NCBI GenBank assembly: GCA_965261065.1
Contig: OZ253444.1
Location: forward strand, 7,414,902-7,478,901
DNA length: 64,000 nucleotides
Source: Bryobacterales bacterium
GTDB lineage: Bacteria; Acidobacteriota; Terriglobia; Bryobacterales; UBA6623
Direction of reading: 5' to 3'
Made by a program: the position numbers and the translations under genes. The notes beneath the pieces were generated by a model. That model was given only the letters and a program-made list of their open reading frames with translations. It did no database searches and had not been told where the DNA came from. This document shows, one piece after another, positions 28,777 through 38,002 of the stretch; the first letter of the stretch is position 1, and the number at the start of each line of letters is the position of its first letter.

Positions 28777-29766
28777 CTACCCACCCATCAGGGCTCTCGC
28801 CTCCGCCGCGATCTGACCAACGATCTCCCCTGCGGCCTGAACTTCGTTCACGAGACCAACCCCTTGGCCGGCGTAGAGGGCCATCGAATCAATGTCGCCG
28901 GTCGTTTCCCGGTGAGGCGTGTAACCCATAAAACGTCGAACCTCAACCGTCTCCCCACCAACCGTCGTCGATCCGATCACCGGCTCACTAGGACGACCCT
29001 CGTTGCCTCGCGCTTCCTTGGAGCGCCACTGTTCGACGAACGACGTGCGGAGCGTCCGGTGCGGGGCATTCGGCCAGCTATGACCGAACAGGGTCGTACG
29101 AATGGTGTCACCTTCGCGAGCGTCCAGAATCCTCTGTCGATAAACCGGATGTGTTCTCGCCTCCGAGGCCACCAGGAACCGGGTCCCGAAAACAGCGCCC
29201 TGCGCGCCCAATGCCAGCACCGCTACCAGCCCGCGGGCGTCGGCGATACCCCCTGAAGCGACCACCGGTAGGGGAGACACAGCATCCACGATGCGGGGAA
29301 CCAACGTCAAGCTGGAAATCTCGCCTCTGACGTGCCCGCCCGCCTCGACACCCTGCGCGATGATCACGTCCACCCCGGCATCCGCCGCGGCTTTTGCCTC
29401 GGCAACGCTTCCGACCTGATGAATCACCCGCAGCCCTGCATCGTGCGCGGGATCTACGAAAGGCGACGGATCGCCCCAGAAGAACGACAGCAGCGGGACT
29501 CGCTCTTCAATGCAGACCGCAACCTGCTCGCTGACGTCCGCGGGTAGCAACATGTTGACACCGAATGGTCGGTCCGTTCGTTCCCGGATGGCGCGAATAT
29601 CATTCCGCAGCAAGTGCGGAGGGTTGCGGCTAAACGACATCAGGCCGAGGCCGCCGGCTTGACTAACCGCGCCCGCCAGCTCAGGCCCCGTCACGAAGCC
29701 CATCGGCGCGCAGAAGATCGGGTACCTAATGCCCAACAGATCACAGAGCGGCGCGTCGAGTTTCAT
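28777..29766 (-). CDS. Nitronate monooxygenase (2-nitropropane dioxygenase/FabK-like) family flavoenzyme
   Basis: 329 aa. Strings ...IFCAPMGFVTGPELAGAVSQAGGLG..., ...QGVEAGGH..., ...ASGGIADARG.... Confidence 0.8.
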   Translation of the reverse strand: MKLDAPLCDLLGIRYPIFCAPMGFVTGPELAGAVSQAGGLGLMSFSRNPPHLLRNDIRAIRERTDRPFGVNMLLPADVSEQVAVCIEERVPLLSFFWGDPSPFVDPAHDAGLRVIHQVGSVAEAKAAADAGVDVIIAQGVEAGGHVRGEISSLTLVPRIVDAVSPLPVVASGGIADARGLVAVLALGAQGAVFGTRFLVASEARTHPVYRQRILDAREGDTIRTTLFGHSWPNAPHRTLRTSFVEQWRSKEARGNEGRPSEPVIGSTTVGGETVEVRRFMGYTPHRETTGDIDSMALYAGQGVGLVNEVQAAGEIVGQIAAEARALMGG

Positions 29767-29931
29767 GGATGTTCAGAATAGCGGGTGTTGTGACCGTAAG
29801 GGAGCAGTCGGCGCGCCACGCGCGGGCTAACGCCCATGCCACTGTTGTGGTTGGCTGGACGGTTGCGCTGAGTTGGCGTGCGGGCCACCGCGAATCATGG
29901 AGAATCCCCCGCTTCATCACGAATCACGGAA

Positions 29932-30962
29932 GCTGGGTATCCACTTGACTCAGGTGACCCCAAGATGTAGTGTAGGGCCTGGTGGAGGATTACCCGCGCG
30001 ACCAACTCGAATTCGAGTCTCGCTTTGCGAGCGAGGAGGCTTGCCGCGACTATCTGTTCGCCTTGCGCTGGCCAGAGGGTTTCCGCTGTCCAAGGTGTGG
30101 GCATGAGCGCGCTTGGCCGGTGCGCAAAGTGTGGTTCGAATGCGCTCGCTGCGGGCGGCAAACCTCCGTCACCGCCGGCACGATCTTTCAAGACACACGC
30201 AAGCCGCTGCGGCTGTGGTTCCGGGCGATGTGGACCATCACCACGCAGAAGAATGGGGCCAGCGCCCTGGGTCTACAGCGCGTTCTGGGACTGGGCAGTT
30301 ACCAAACCGCCTGGCCTTGGATGCACAAGCTGAGGCGAGCGATGGTGCGCCCGGGGCGGGAGCGATTGACGGGCCTCGTCGAGGTCGATGAGACCTACTG
30401 GGGCGCTGAAGAAGAAGGGGTAATCGGCCGGCAGACCGAGCGTAAAGCGTTGATTGCAGTCGCCGCGGAAGAGAGAGGCACCGGGCTGGGGCGCATCCGC
30501 ATGCAGCGCGTTCAGAACGCCTCGGCGGCCAGTTTGATGCCCTTCGTCGAGGAGTCGGTCGAGCCGGGCAGCGTGGTTGTTACCGACAACTGGTCGGGCT
30601 ACGATCCGCTCAAGAAGAAGGACTACCAGCGTCGTATCATCTCGATTAACAACCGCCGCGAGCAGGCCTCGCAGCTACTGCCGAGGGTGCACTTGGCGAT
30701 CTCGCTACTCAAGCGCTGGATGCTGGGCACGCATCAGGGGGCGGTCAGCCACGAGCATCTGGACTACTATCTCGACGAGTTCGTGTTCCGCTTCAATCGG
30801 CGCAGATCACGCAGTCGGGGCAAGCTCTTCTACCGCCTTGTGCAGCAGGCCATGGCGGTGGAGCCGACGCCGTACCGCTCGATCGTCGCCGATTGGGACG
30901 CTAAGACGCTGTGAGCCCAACTACAAGATGTTGGGGTCACCTGAGTCAAGTGGATACCCGGC
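29932..30962 (+). mobile_element. IS1595-family insertion sequence, copy 4 (1031 bp)
   Basis: 8-bp direct repeat TCACGGAA at 29924-29931 and 30963-30970. Same termini as copy 2. Confidence 0.92.
29982..30914 (+). CDS. IS1595-family transposase (copy 4, consensus-like)
   Basis: 310 aa. The other three copies differ from it by 1-2 residues each. Confidence 0.9.
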   Translation: MEDYPRDQLEFESRFASEEACRDYLFALRWPEGFRCPRCGHERAWPVRKVWFECARCGRQTSVTAGTIFQDTRKPLRLWFRAMWTITTQKNGASALGLQRVLGLGSYQTAWPWMHKLRRAMVRPGRERLTGLVEVDETYWGAEEEGVIGRQTERKALIAVAAEERGTGLGRIRMQRVQNASAASLMPFVEESVEPGSVVVTDNWSGYDPLKKKDYQRRIISINNRREQASQLLPRVHLAISLLKRWMLGTHQGAVSHEHLDYYLDEFVFRFNRRRSRSRGKLFYRLVQQAMAVEPTPYRSIVADWDAKTL

Positions 30963-31033
30963 TCACGGAAAACCAGCCGATCCATGATCGAGGCAGCCGA
31001 GCTAGAATTAGGGACCGGAAAACAAGAGGGGAT

Positions 31034-32044
31034 ATGACTCAAGCAGAAGAGCAGGAACTGGCGTTGCGGATCGTCCCGATAGTGGAGCAGGCGGCGATCG
31101 CCGCCGCGCACACCATGGGCAACGGCAACCGGCGGGAATCCGACCGCGTCGCGACGGAGGCGATGCGGCAGGCCTTCGAAGAGCTGCCCATCGACGGCAC
31201 CATCGTCATCGGCGAGGGTGAGCGCGACAAGGCGCCCATGCTCTATATCGGCGAGAAAGTGGGCCAGGGCGGCGACGCCGAGGGACGCTTCCCGCCCATC
31301 GACATTGCCGTCGATCCTCTGGAGGGGACGAACCTTTGCGCCCTCGGCACGCCCGGTGCGCTGGCCGTGCTCGCGGCCTCGGAGAAAGGGGGCCTGCTGC
31401 ACGCACCGGACTGCTACATGGAAAAGATCATCGTCGGGCCCGCGTGCAAGGGCAAAGTGGAGTTGGACCGTCCGGTGGTCGACAACCTCAAGAGCATCGC
31501 GCGCGCCATGGACCGTGATGTTGACGACTTGGTAATCGTGGTGCTGAACCGCACGCGCCACGAGAAGTTGATCTCCGACATTCGGACCGCCGGGGCACGA
31601 ATCCGCCTGATTGGCGACGGCGACCTGTCCGCCGGCGTAACGGCGGCGATTCGTGGATCGAGCGTCCACGCGGTGATGGGCACCGGCGGCGCGCCCGAAG
31701 GCGTGATCTCGGCCGCGGCGATGCGCTGCCTTCACGGCGAGATGCTGGGCCGGCTGATCATCGACACGCCCGAGCTGAAGGAGCGCGTGCAGGATATGGG
31801 CATTTCCGATCCGGACCTGATCTATAATGCCGAGGATCTGGCGCCTGGGAAGCTGATCGTGTTCGCGGCCACCGGCGTTACCGGCGGACTGGCGGGTGGC
31901 GGGATGCTCAGCGGCGTGCGATTCTTCGCCGAGGGCTCGCGCACGCAGACCTTGGTCATGACGCACTCGACACAGAAGGTGCGGTTCGTCGACACCATCC
32001 ACATGGAGCGGCCGCCCGGTCCGCGCGGCGTGAGATTGTACTAA
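31034..32044 (+). CDS. glpX: Class II fructose-1,6-bisphosphatase
   Basis: 336 aa from ATG 31034 (AGAGGGG upstream). GlpX-type strings ...[13 protein letters not shown]..., ...[31 protein letters not shown]..., ...[15 protein letters not shown].... The ORF-track start at 30911 lies inside the IS. Confidence 0.88.
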   Translation: MTQAEEQELALRIVPIVEQAAIAAAHTMGNGNRRESDRVATEAMRQAFEELPIDGTIVIGEGERDKAPMLYIGEKVGQGGDAEGRFPPIDIAVDPLEGTNLCALGTPGALAVLAASEKGGLLHAPDCYMEKIIVGPACKGKVELDRPVVDNLKSIARAMDRDVDDLVIVVLNRTRHEKLISDIRTAGARIRLIGDGDLSAGVTAAIRGSSVHAVMGTGGAPEGVISAAAMRCLHGEMLGRLIIDTPELKERVQDMGISDPDLIYNAEDLAPGKLIVFAATGVTGGLAGGGMLSGVRFFAEGSRTQTLVMTHSTQKVRFVDTIHMERPPGPRGVRLY

Positions 32045-32124
32045 GTACACCGTTTTAAGAAACGCGGTCGCGCAAGCCCGAATCTCTCGCAAGTCTCCGG
32101 ATACTTCGGGAGACCAGACATACC

Positions 32125-32910
32125 ATGCTCGTTGCGATCGCAGGAAAGCCTGTTGGTATCGGCGTGCGCGGCGCGGGAGTGCCGCTGATTCTCATTCACG
32201 GGTTCCCGTTGCACCGCGGCATGTTCGGACCTCAGTTGGAGGGTCTGTCGTCCGTCGCGAAGGTCATCGGGTTCGACGTGCCAGGCGTGGGGGAGTCGGA
32301 GGCCGGACCGGTTTCGATGGACGACATTGCTGACCTGGCAGCGGCTGTTCTGACGGATCAAAATATCGAGAAGGCGGTTGTCGGCGGAGTATCGATGGGC
32401 GGCTACGCTTCGTTTGCCTTCGCACGACGCTATCCCGGGCGACTGCTCGGATTGGTGCTCGCGAATACCCGTGCGGCCGGTGATACCGAGGCGGCCAAAC
32501 AAGGACGGCGGCAAATGGCCCGGCTCGTCGAAGAACAAGGCGCGGCAGGCGCGGCCGAACGGATGGTTCCCGGCTGGTTCGGGCCCACCACGTTGGGGGG
32601 TCGGCCCGAAGTGGTTCGGCAGGCCCGAGAGATGGTCGAGGCAGCTCCGCCGGATGCCATCGCGCGAATGCTTCAGGCGCTGGCGGAACGGCCGGATGCG
32701 ACCTCGGAACTGCCCGACATCAAAGTGCCCACCCTCGTGATCTCGGGCGAGGAAGATCCGATGATCCCGGTGGCGGAGATGAAGGGATGGGCGGAGTTGA
32801 TCCCGGACTCGCGCCACGTAGTGATTCCCGGGACAGGACACTTGCCCAACCTGGAGGATCCGGGGGCATTCAATAGGGCCGTAACTGACTTCTTGGATCA
32901 GGTTCGATAA
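32125..32910 (+). CDS. Alpha/beta hydrolase (3-oxoadipate enol-lactonase-like)
   Basis: 261 aa. Strings LILIHGFP, GGVSMGG nucleophile elbow, C-terminal ...GTGHLPNLEDP.... Confidence 0.75.
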   Translation: MLVAIAGKPVGIGVRGAGVPLILIHGFPLHRGMFGPQLEGLSSVAKVIGFDVPGVGESEAGPVSMDDIADLAAAVLTDQNIEKAVVGGVSMGGYASFAFARRYPGRLLGLVLANTRAAGDTEAAKQGRRQMARLVEEQGAAGAAERMVPGWFGPTTLGGRPEVVRQAREMVEAAPPDAIARMLQALAERPDATSELPDIKVPTLVISGEEDPMIPVAEMKGWAELIPDSRHVVIPGTGHLPNLEDPGAFNRAVTDFLDQVR

Positions 32911-33049
32911 CGGCTCGGGGGCAGAGTAGCGGCAGGTAGCGTGGGAGCGTCCGCTGGAAAAGTCGTACCCGGGGTGAGGCCCTTGCTGCCTTGCCGAAAT
33001 TCACAGCGCGTTTCTGGCATGGGTCCACAGTCGTGGTCGTTGAATTGAA

Positions 33050-33133
33050 TGGTGCGAACGGGGGGAGTCGAACCCCCACTCCCTTTCGGGAACTAGAACC
33101 TAAATCTCAGAACTTCTGTTGCGCGGCGTTGCC
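33050..33133 (-). pseudogene. tRNA-Leu(UAG)-like remnant (intact 3' two-thirds, degenerate 5' third)
   Basis: The minus strand ends in GGGGGTTCGACTCCCCC-CGTTCGC-A-CCA (T arm, acceptor 3' strand, CCA). It also has a long variable arm TCCC-GAAA-GGGA and an anticodon loop UUUAGGU. The 5' acceptor strand GGCAACG mispairs at 2 of 7 positions, and no D arm (no GG) can be drawn. Confidence 0.5.
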
Positions 33134-33201
33134 TCAAATCGCAAGCCACTGATTCTAATCGGCCGCCAGGTGCCCTGAGTAGCCCAGCGAAGCACCGTGT
33201 T

Positions 33202-33262
33202 GGGCACACTTTTGGACACACCTTTGGCCTGGCCATCAGGTTGACTCGACCCAAGTGTGCCC
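33202..33262. repeat. 10-bp perfect inverted repeat GGGCACACTT ... AAGTGTGCCC bracketing 41 nt just upstream of the recombinase gene
   Basis: Read directly (33202-33211 and 33253-33262). It ends 18 nt before ATG 33280. Confidence 0.8.
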
Positions 33263-33279
33263 TCCACTGGAGGGCTAAC

Positions 33280-33957
33280 ATGGATGCAGTCTACTTCCGG
33301 GTCTCGTCTGACCGGCAAACCACCGAAAACCAATTCGCCGACCTACTCCAGGTGGCTGAGAAGGACGACTCAGAGCGCGACTGGACCTCGATCCGAAAGC
33401 TTCTCTCGTACTGCGTTGTCGAGGAGGAAGTGCGCGGTCAAGGTGTAAGCCGCACCGTCTACCGCGTCAACCCAGTCGTCGCTGACCGTCTCGCCGACCT
33501 CTGCATCTACGTTGAACAAAGCAAGTCCGGTCGCAAGGGCGCCCGATCTCGTCCGATGTTCGAGCGCATGAAGAAGGACGCCGCTCTCCGTAAGTTCGAC
33601 CGGCTCCTCGTGTGGAAGGTCTCACGTCTCGGCCGCGACATGCGTGAGGTCATCTCGACCGTCTACGATCTATCCGATCTCGGCATCACCGTCGTGCCGG
33701 TGAAGTCTCAGACCGGCCCAATCAACTCCACCATGGGAAAACTGCTCTGGGCAATCCAGGCCTGGTTGTGCCGGTTCACCCGGAACTGGAGAGAGGCCGT
33801 TCTCCGCAAGTTAGTTGTTCCGCCTTATTCGCCGATTCCTGCTGGTCGTTTCGCACGGCGGCCCGCGAGCGGGTCGCCGCCTTTCTCTGCATACCGGAGG
33901 CGCCGCGGGACGCGGCCAGCCGAGGCGCGACCCCTTGGTTTAGAGCCGCGCGCGTAA
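33280..33957 (+). CDS. Serine recombinase (resolvase/invertase family) with atypical insertion and non-canonical C-terminus
   Basis: MDAVYFRVSSDRQTTENQ (catalytic Ser motif) and ...FDRLLVWKVSRLGRDMREVISTVYDLSDLGITVV...MGKLLWAIQAW.... About 50 extra residues follow the first motif. After AWL the sequence no longer resembles the usual E-helix/HTH. Start set at ATG 33280 behind GGAGGG. Confidence 0.65.
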   Translation: MDAVYFRVSSDRQTTENQFADLLQVAEKDDSERDWTSIRKLLSYCVVEEEVRGQGVSRTVYRVNPVVADRLADLCIYVEQSKSGRKGARSRPMFERMKKDAALRKFDRLLVWKVSRLGRDMREVISTVYDLSDLGITVVPVKSQTGPINSTMGKLLWAIQAWLCRFTRNWREAVLRKLVVPPYSPIPAGRFARRPASGSPPFSAYRRRRGTRPAEARPLGLEPRA

Positions 33958-34249
33958 GCAAGCGGTGAGGACCGTCGGGTCTCCTCGGTCGCGGTCGTCA
34001 AAGGCGCGACGTGTGTGTCAGAGTTTTGTGTGCCAGTGGGCTGGGACGTCAGGCTCGGGTATACTACAGGTACTTGACAGAGGGAGAGGATCGAGTCTTC
34101 AGGCTGGGTGGAATCGGGCAGAGGGAAGGCTCCGCCTCGCCGTCTGCCTTCCACTGAGGCAAAGACCAACAAAGCGTGATGATGCCGCATGACCGCCATG
34201 AACGGGCGAATGGGACTTCCAAGATTCCCTCGCGCGAGGAGACCAGTCG

Positions 34250-34627
34250 ATGTCGGTCTTGAAAAACACGGTGCTAGCTTCTATTGGTTTGTTCGAAATC
34301 ACGAAAGCGCGCGCTGAAAGGATCATCGATGATCTCATCCAGAAGGGCGAGCTCAGTCGATCAGACCGCAAGAAGGCCGTGCTCGAGCTCCTGGACAAGG
34401 CCGAGCAATCGAGCGCGCGTTTCAGAAAGAAGGTGCTCAAGGAGGTTGATCAGGCACAGAGTGCAGTATCCAAAATGGCGGAGGACCTCAAGTGGGCGCG
34501 TCAAACAGAGATGCAGAAGCTACAGAACAAAGTCAGCCGGTTGACGAAAGCCGTAGACGCGCTCCAGAAGAACACGGAAACGACCAAGCAACCGGCCCGA
34601 GCCAGAAAACGAAAGAAGAAGCAATGA
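34250..34627 (+). CDS. Phasin-like coiled-coil protein (PHA synthesis regulator/phasin family-like)
   Basis: 125 aa. N-terminal ...LASIGLFEITKARAERIIDDLIQKGELS..., then a coiled coil and a Lys/Arg-rich tail. Family call by eye. Confidence 0.5.
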   Translation: MSVLKNTVLASIGLFEITKARAERIIDDLIQKGELSRSDRKKAVLELLDKAEQSSARFRKKVLKEVDQAQSAVSKMAEDLKWARQTEMQKLQNKVSRLTKAVDALQKNTETTKQPARARKRKKKQ

Positions 34628-34797
34628 GAAGAAGAATCGCTGGAGCGTTCTAAGCAGCAGAAGAAAGGATGCCGGCGCCCCTGGAGGCAAAGCGGTTGAC
34701 GCGCCGAACCGAAGGCAGGGCTGAAGTCGGCGCCTTCGGATCACCGACGCTTCCTCGGGCAGGGTTTCATCCGCTGACGTTCACTCGGGAGTGCCAT

Positions 34798-34831
34798 CGA
34801 TGCCCCGAAAGAATCATGAAAAGGGGCATCG
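34798..34831. repeat. Stem-loop CGATGCCCC-N16-GGGGCATCG, 30 nt upstream of the XpaC-like gene
   Basis: 9-bp perfect inverted repeat read directly. Function unknown. Confidence 0.6.
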
Positions 34832-34860
34832 AGGTATATGACGATCGCTAAACGACTCCG

Positions 34861-35445
34861 ATGAAGATGAACTCCAAGCAGTGGCTGTTGGCGATCAGCG
34901 CCGGGATTGTCGTCGGCGCGGGCGTGTACCTGATGCTCCCGCTGATCGTCGTGGCCGCCGTGAGCGCGGTCGTGGCCTCGCTCGTGGCCATTGTGGTCTA
35001 CCAGTATCTCGACGGGCAGACCAAAGTGAAGGACGTGCCGGCTAAGACCGATCCGCGCCAAGAGCTGATGTCCCTGCTTGATCGCCTTGTCGCACTGAAC
35101 ATCGACATCCGCGAGGCAGGGCTTGCGTCGGACGTGCTTCTCCGGGTGGAGACCATCATTGACAAGCTGCGCGATCTCCTTCCTGAGCTCAATGAGCGGT
35201 ATCCTGGACATGAGTTGGCCTGGACTCTCAACCAGATGGCCCGGGAGTATTTGAGCAAGGTCGTCCGGCCCTACGTGGCTTTGTCCGAAGCCGATCGGGC
35301 CGAGCGGAAGCAAGAGCTGCTGAAGAGCTTGAACGGAGTGGAAGCAGAAGTCGACAACGTTGGGGAGCTGGTTCAGGGCGACAAGAAGGGAGACTTCAGG
35401 GCAAAGGCGGCGTTCTTGCGCGCCCGCTTCGTTCAAGAGTCCTAG
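34861..35445 (+). CDS. XpaC-like (5-bromo-4-chloroindolyl phosphate hydrolysis protein family-like) membrane protein
   Basis: 194 aa. Two N-terminal TM helices followed by a helical cytoplasmic domain. Sits immediately upstream of telA, as in the Bacillus xpaC-yaaN arrangement (from memory). Confidence 0.5.
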   Translation: MKMNSKQWLLAISAGIVVGAGVYLMLPLIVVAAVSAVVASLVAIVVYQYLDGQTKVKDVPAKTDPRQELMSLLDRLVALNIDIREAGLASDVLLRVETIIDKLRDLLPELNERYPGHELAWTLNQMAREYLSKVVRPYVALSEADRAERKQELLKSLNGVEAEVDNVGELVQGDKKGDFRAKAAFLRARFVQES

Positions 35446-35472
35446 CGACCGAAAGAGGAGGATCGATCCACC

Positions 35473-36684
35473 ATGAGCGCAGGCAACCCGACACAACCGG
35501 CAGCCCCGGCCGAGGCGGCTCAGCCACCACCCGTCGCTCTGACTCCGGTGAAGCCCAAAGGGCTGGAATCCGAAGACGAGAAGCGTCTGCAAGAAACGGC
35601 GTTGCAACTCGCCGGCGAGGTTCACCAGGACGCCGGCAACCGGCAGGTCGCGAGGAGGCTGAGCGCTCTCGGCGTGCGCGAGCAGCAGAAGGCTTCCAAG
35701 GAGATCGGCCTTCTGAAAACGCGCGTCGGCACGATGCTCGGCCAGCTCGAAGGCGAAGGCGCCGAGATCCCGAGGACGCTGATCGAGCTGCGCCACACGA
35801 TGGACGAAATCAATCCCAACGTCCTCAGCCAGCCGACCGGGATCGCAAAATGGGTCGGCAAAGTACCCGGCGTGGGCACGGTCCTCAAGAGGATTGCGGT
35901 CAAGTACGAGTCCGTCCAAACCCAAATCGACCACATCATGAACGGGCTGCGGCACGGCAAGGACAAGTTACTGCAAGACAACGCTGAGCTGGAACAGCTT
36001 TACGAGCAGGTGGGACTGGCGCAGCGTGGGGTGCAGGAGAGCGCCTACATCGGAGAGTTGCTGTGGCAGAAAATTGAAGACAAGTTGGCGGAAGCAACGG
36101 ATCCTGCCGAGCGGCAAAAGCTGCAAGCGATGATGCACAGGGTCGCCATGCGGGTCCAGGACCTGCGCACGATGGAGCAGGTCAATCTGCAGTTTTTCGC
36201 CTCGATCGACATGACGATCCAGAACAACGACACGCTCTGCGAACAGGTTGACCGCACCGTCATGGTAACGCAAAGCCTGTTGACGGTCGGTTTGGCCATC
36301 CAGGCGGCTCTGGCGAGTCAGAAGCAGATCGCCACCGCCGTGAAGAGTGTCCAAGAGAGCACCGCGGCGATGCTTGAGGCCAACGCGGCGGCGATCGGCC
36401 GGCAGACGGCGGAGATCGGCGAAATGCAGAACAACCCCGTGATCGCTCTCGAAAGCGTGAAGAAAGCCCACAACAGTCTGATTGAGGCGATGGACAAGAT
36501 GGAGGAGATCCGCGCCGTCGGAACCGAAAAAGCGAGAGCGGGTATCGCTGAGTTGAACAAGATGTCGGCTGCGCTTGAGCCGAAGGTCGAGGCGTTGCAA
36601 GCAGCCGGCGATCTTCCGCCTGCGCAGCTCCCCGGGGCGACGCCGCCAGAACCGGAGGAGAAGCCGGAGCAGCCGGCATCGTAG
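35473..36684 (+). CDS. telA: TelA-family toxic anion resistance protein
   Basis: 403 aa, with GAGGAGG upstream. Long helical protein with TelA-like stretches ...TLIELRHTMDEINP..., ...KYESVQTQIDHIMNGLRHGKDKLLQDNAELEQLYE..., ...MEQVNLQFFASIDMTIQNNDTL.... Confidence 0.8.
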   Translation: MSAGNPTQPAAPAEAAQPPPVALTPVKPKGLESEDEKRLQETALQLAGEVHQDAGNRQVARRLSALGVREQQKASKEIGLLKTRVGTMLGQLEGEGAEIPRTLIELRHTMDEINPNVLSQPTGIAKWVGKVPGVGTVLKRIAVKYESVQTQIDHIMNGLRHGKDKLLQDNAELEQLYEQVGLAQRGVQESAYIGELLWQKIEDKLAEATDPAERQKLQAMMHRVAMRVQDLRTMEQVNLQFFASIDMTIQNNDTLCEQVDRTVMVTQSLLTVGLAIQAALASQKQIATAVKSVQESTAAMLEANAAAIGRQTAEIGEMQNNPVIALESVKKAHNSLIEAMDKMEEIRAVGTEKARAGIAELNKMSAALEPKVEALQAAGDLPPAQLPGATPPEPEEKPEQPAS

Positions 36685-36741
36685 GACGGAGTCTCTGAGC
36701 CACACCGATAAAGCCGCGGCTACTCAGCCCTTACCACAAAC

Positions 36742-37359
36742 ATGGCAACCCTCCTCGATCCCGCCCGGCGCAAACGCTATGAAGAGCAGTTCGCGGCGAT
36801 CCGTCAAATGCCGAAGCCGGTTCCGCCCGGCGATCGCCACAAATACTCCATCGAAGACGTCAAGAACGGGGCCTACATCCGCTTCGGAGGCAAATCCTAC
36901 CGCGTCGAGAGTACCAACGTGTATGAACGAAGCGGCTATCGCTGGCCCGAGCTTGTTCTCCGCTGCCTGCACGACGGCGAGACGCAGTACACCGAATGGG
37001 AGAAGGAAGACGAGGTTTCGGTCTACGTATCGCGGGAGAAGCTCAGCTTCGCCCAGGTCGGATTGAAGGGCAAGGAAGAGCTGTGGGAGATCTCTGAAGA
37101 GGAAGAAGGCGTGGCGAGATATGGGAGAAGGGTCTTCCACTACCATGAAGACTCCGCCGTGACCTTCTACCGCGATGGCGGCGAGCAGGGCGTGCCCTTC
37201 CACCAATACCTCTTTGCCGAGGAGGGCAGCAAGGCGTTTATCGGCATTGAAGAGTGGGGAGACGAAGACGACGGGTATGAGCACAACGTGGTTTTGAGTG
37301 AATACTTGAATCCAAGTGCCATCGAGGTCTTGGTGGCCGGAGGCGGCAAAAGTGGCTGA
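36742..37359 (+). CDS. DUF4178-like protein
   Basis: 205 aa. Two similar beta-rich halves (…GAYIRFGGKSYRVESTNVYERSGYRWPELVLRCLHDGETQYTEWEKED… and …VFHYHEDSAVTFYRDGGEQGVPFHQYLFAEEGSKAFIGIEEWGDED…), as in DUF4178. Call by eye. Confidence 0.55.
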   Translation: MATLLDPARRKRYEEQFAAIRQMPKPVPPGDRHKYSIEDVKNGAYIRFGGKSYRVESTNVYERSGYRWPELVLRCLHDGETQYTEWEKEDEVSVYVSREKLSFAQVGLKGKEELWEISEEEEGVARYGRRVFHYHEDSAVTFYRDGGEQGVPFHQYLFAEEGSKAFIGIEEWGDEDDGYEHNVVLSEYLNPSAIEVLVAGGGKSG

Positions 37360-37975
37360 GGTCGTTTATAAAGACAGGTCGGCCGGCGACCTGCAGCTTC
37401 ATCTCTTCAGTAACCTCGTTGACCCGGCTCTGTTCACCGTAGTGCGCCAGGGCCGCGTATTGGCGAACGGGATGCGGATCGACGCGTACATCCTGGGAGC
37501 CAGCCATTTGATCCGTTTTCGCGCCGGAGCTGGTTGCCTGAGCGAGGTTCTGGTATGCTCGGACACCGTGTTGCAGACGTGGCCCGGGAGCTGCGTGTCG
37601 CACAATCCCGTCCGCGGACGGTTGGATCTGGAGTTGGACAACGTCGCGTACCGCTTCAACGGAGGACTGCTGCGTCGCGGCACGGCCGAAAGCCTGCTGG
37701 GGGATCTCAAGACCCGCGTGGCTAAGGCGCGGACGCGGCAGGACGAAATCGGGCTCTCGTTCGAATTTCCTACCGGAGTCCGGCTGGAGAAGCCCGCCGA
37801 GACGCTGCTGTGGGCGCGGCTGGGCGCAGCGGGCGCCGAGATCGAGACGGTTCATTCTTATCCGTCAGAAGACTCCTTGGTGTGGACGCGGTCGTCGGCG
37901 GTCCGGACCGTGGGCACGCGACCCGGCACGTCCCCGACCCAAGAGGTGCGGCAGCCTGTTGAAATCGTGGAGTAG
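37352..37975 (+). CDS. Hypothetical protein (207 aa), translationally coupled to the DUF4178-like gene
   Basis: GTG at 37352, 7 nt after GGAGG, overlapping the upstream stop (GTGGCTGA, 8-nt overlap). No family recognised with confidence (possibly DUF2617-like). Confidence 0.6.
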   Translation: MAEVVYKDRSAGDLQLHLFSNLVDPALFTVVRQGRVLANGMRIDAYILGASHLIRFRAGAGCLSEVLVCSDTVLQTWPGSCVSHNPVRGRLDLELDNVAYRFNGGLLRRGTAESLLGDLKTRVAKARTRQDEIGLSFEFPTGVRLEKPAETLLWARLGAAGAEIETVHSYPSEDSLVWTRSSAVRTVGTRPGTSPTQEVRQPVEIVE

Positions 37976-38002
37976 TTTCCGCGGCCCCGCCTGACGGGGC
38001 GT

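Noticed and set aside
24360-30962. IS1595 copies 2/3 or 3/4 acting as composite transposons around the enclosed segments
   Set aside because: Each copy has its own matching 8-bp duplication on both sides. A composite transposon that moved as a unit would show the duplication only at the outer ends.
30830-32092. Long antisense ORFs opposite well-supported genes (for example 30830-32092, 10177-11235, 12578-13522, 14019-14726, 34741-35955, 35968-36705, 47323-48369, 51371-52381, 17941-18864)
   Set aside because: Their composition is Arg/Pro/Gly/Ala-rich and low in complexity, they have no recognisable motifs, and they fully overlap genes with clear family signatures. This is typical of shadow ORFs in GC-rich DNA.
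33050-33133. Functional tRNA-Leu gene
   Set aside because: The acceptor stem has two adjacent mismatches, and no D arm with the invariant GG can be drawn. Only the anticodon arm, variable arm, T arm and 3' end look tRNA-like. It is kept as a remnant.
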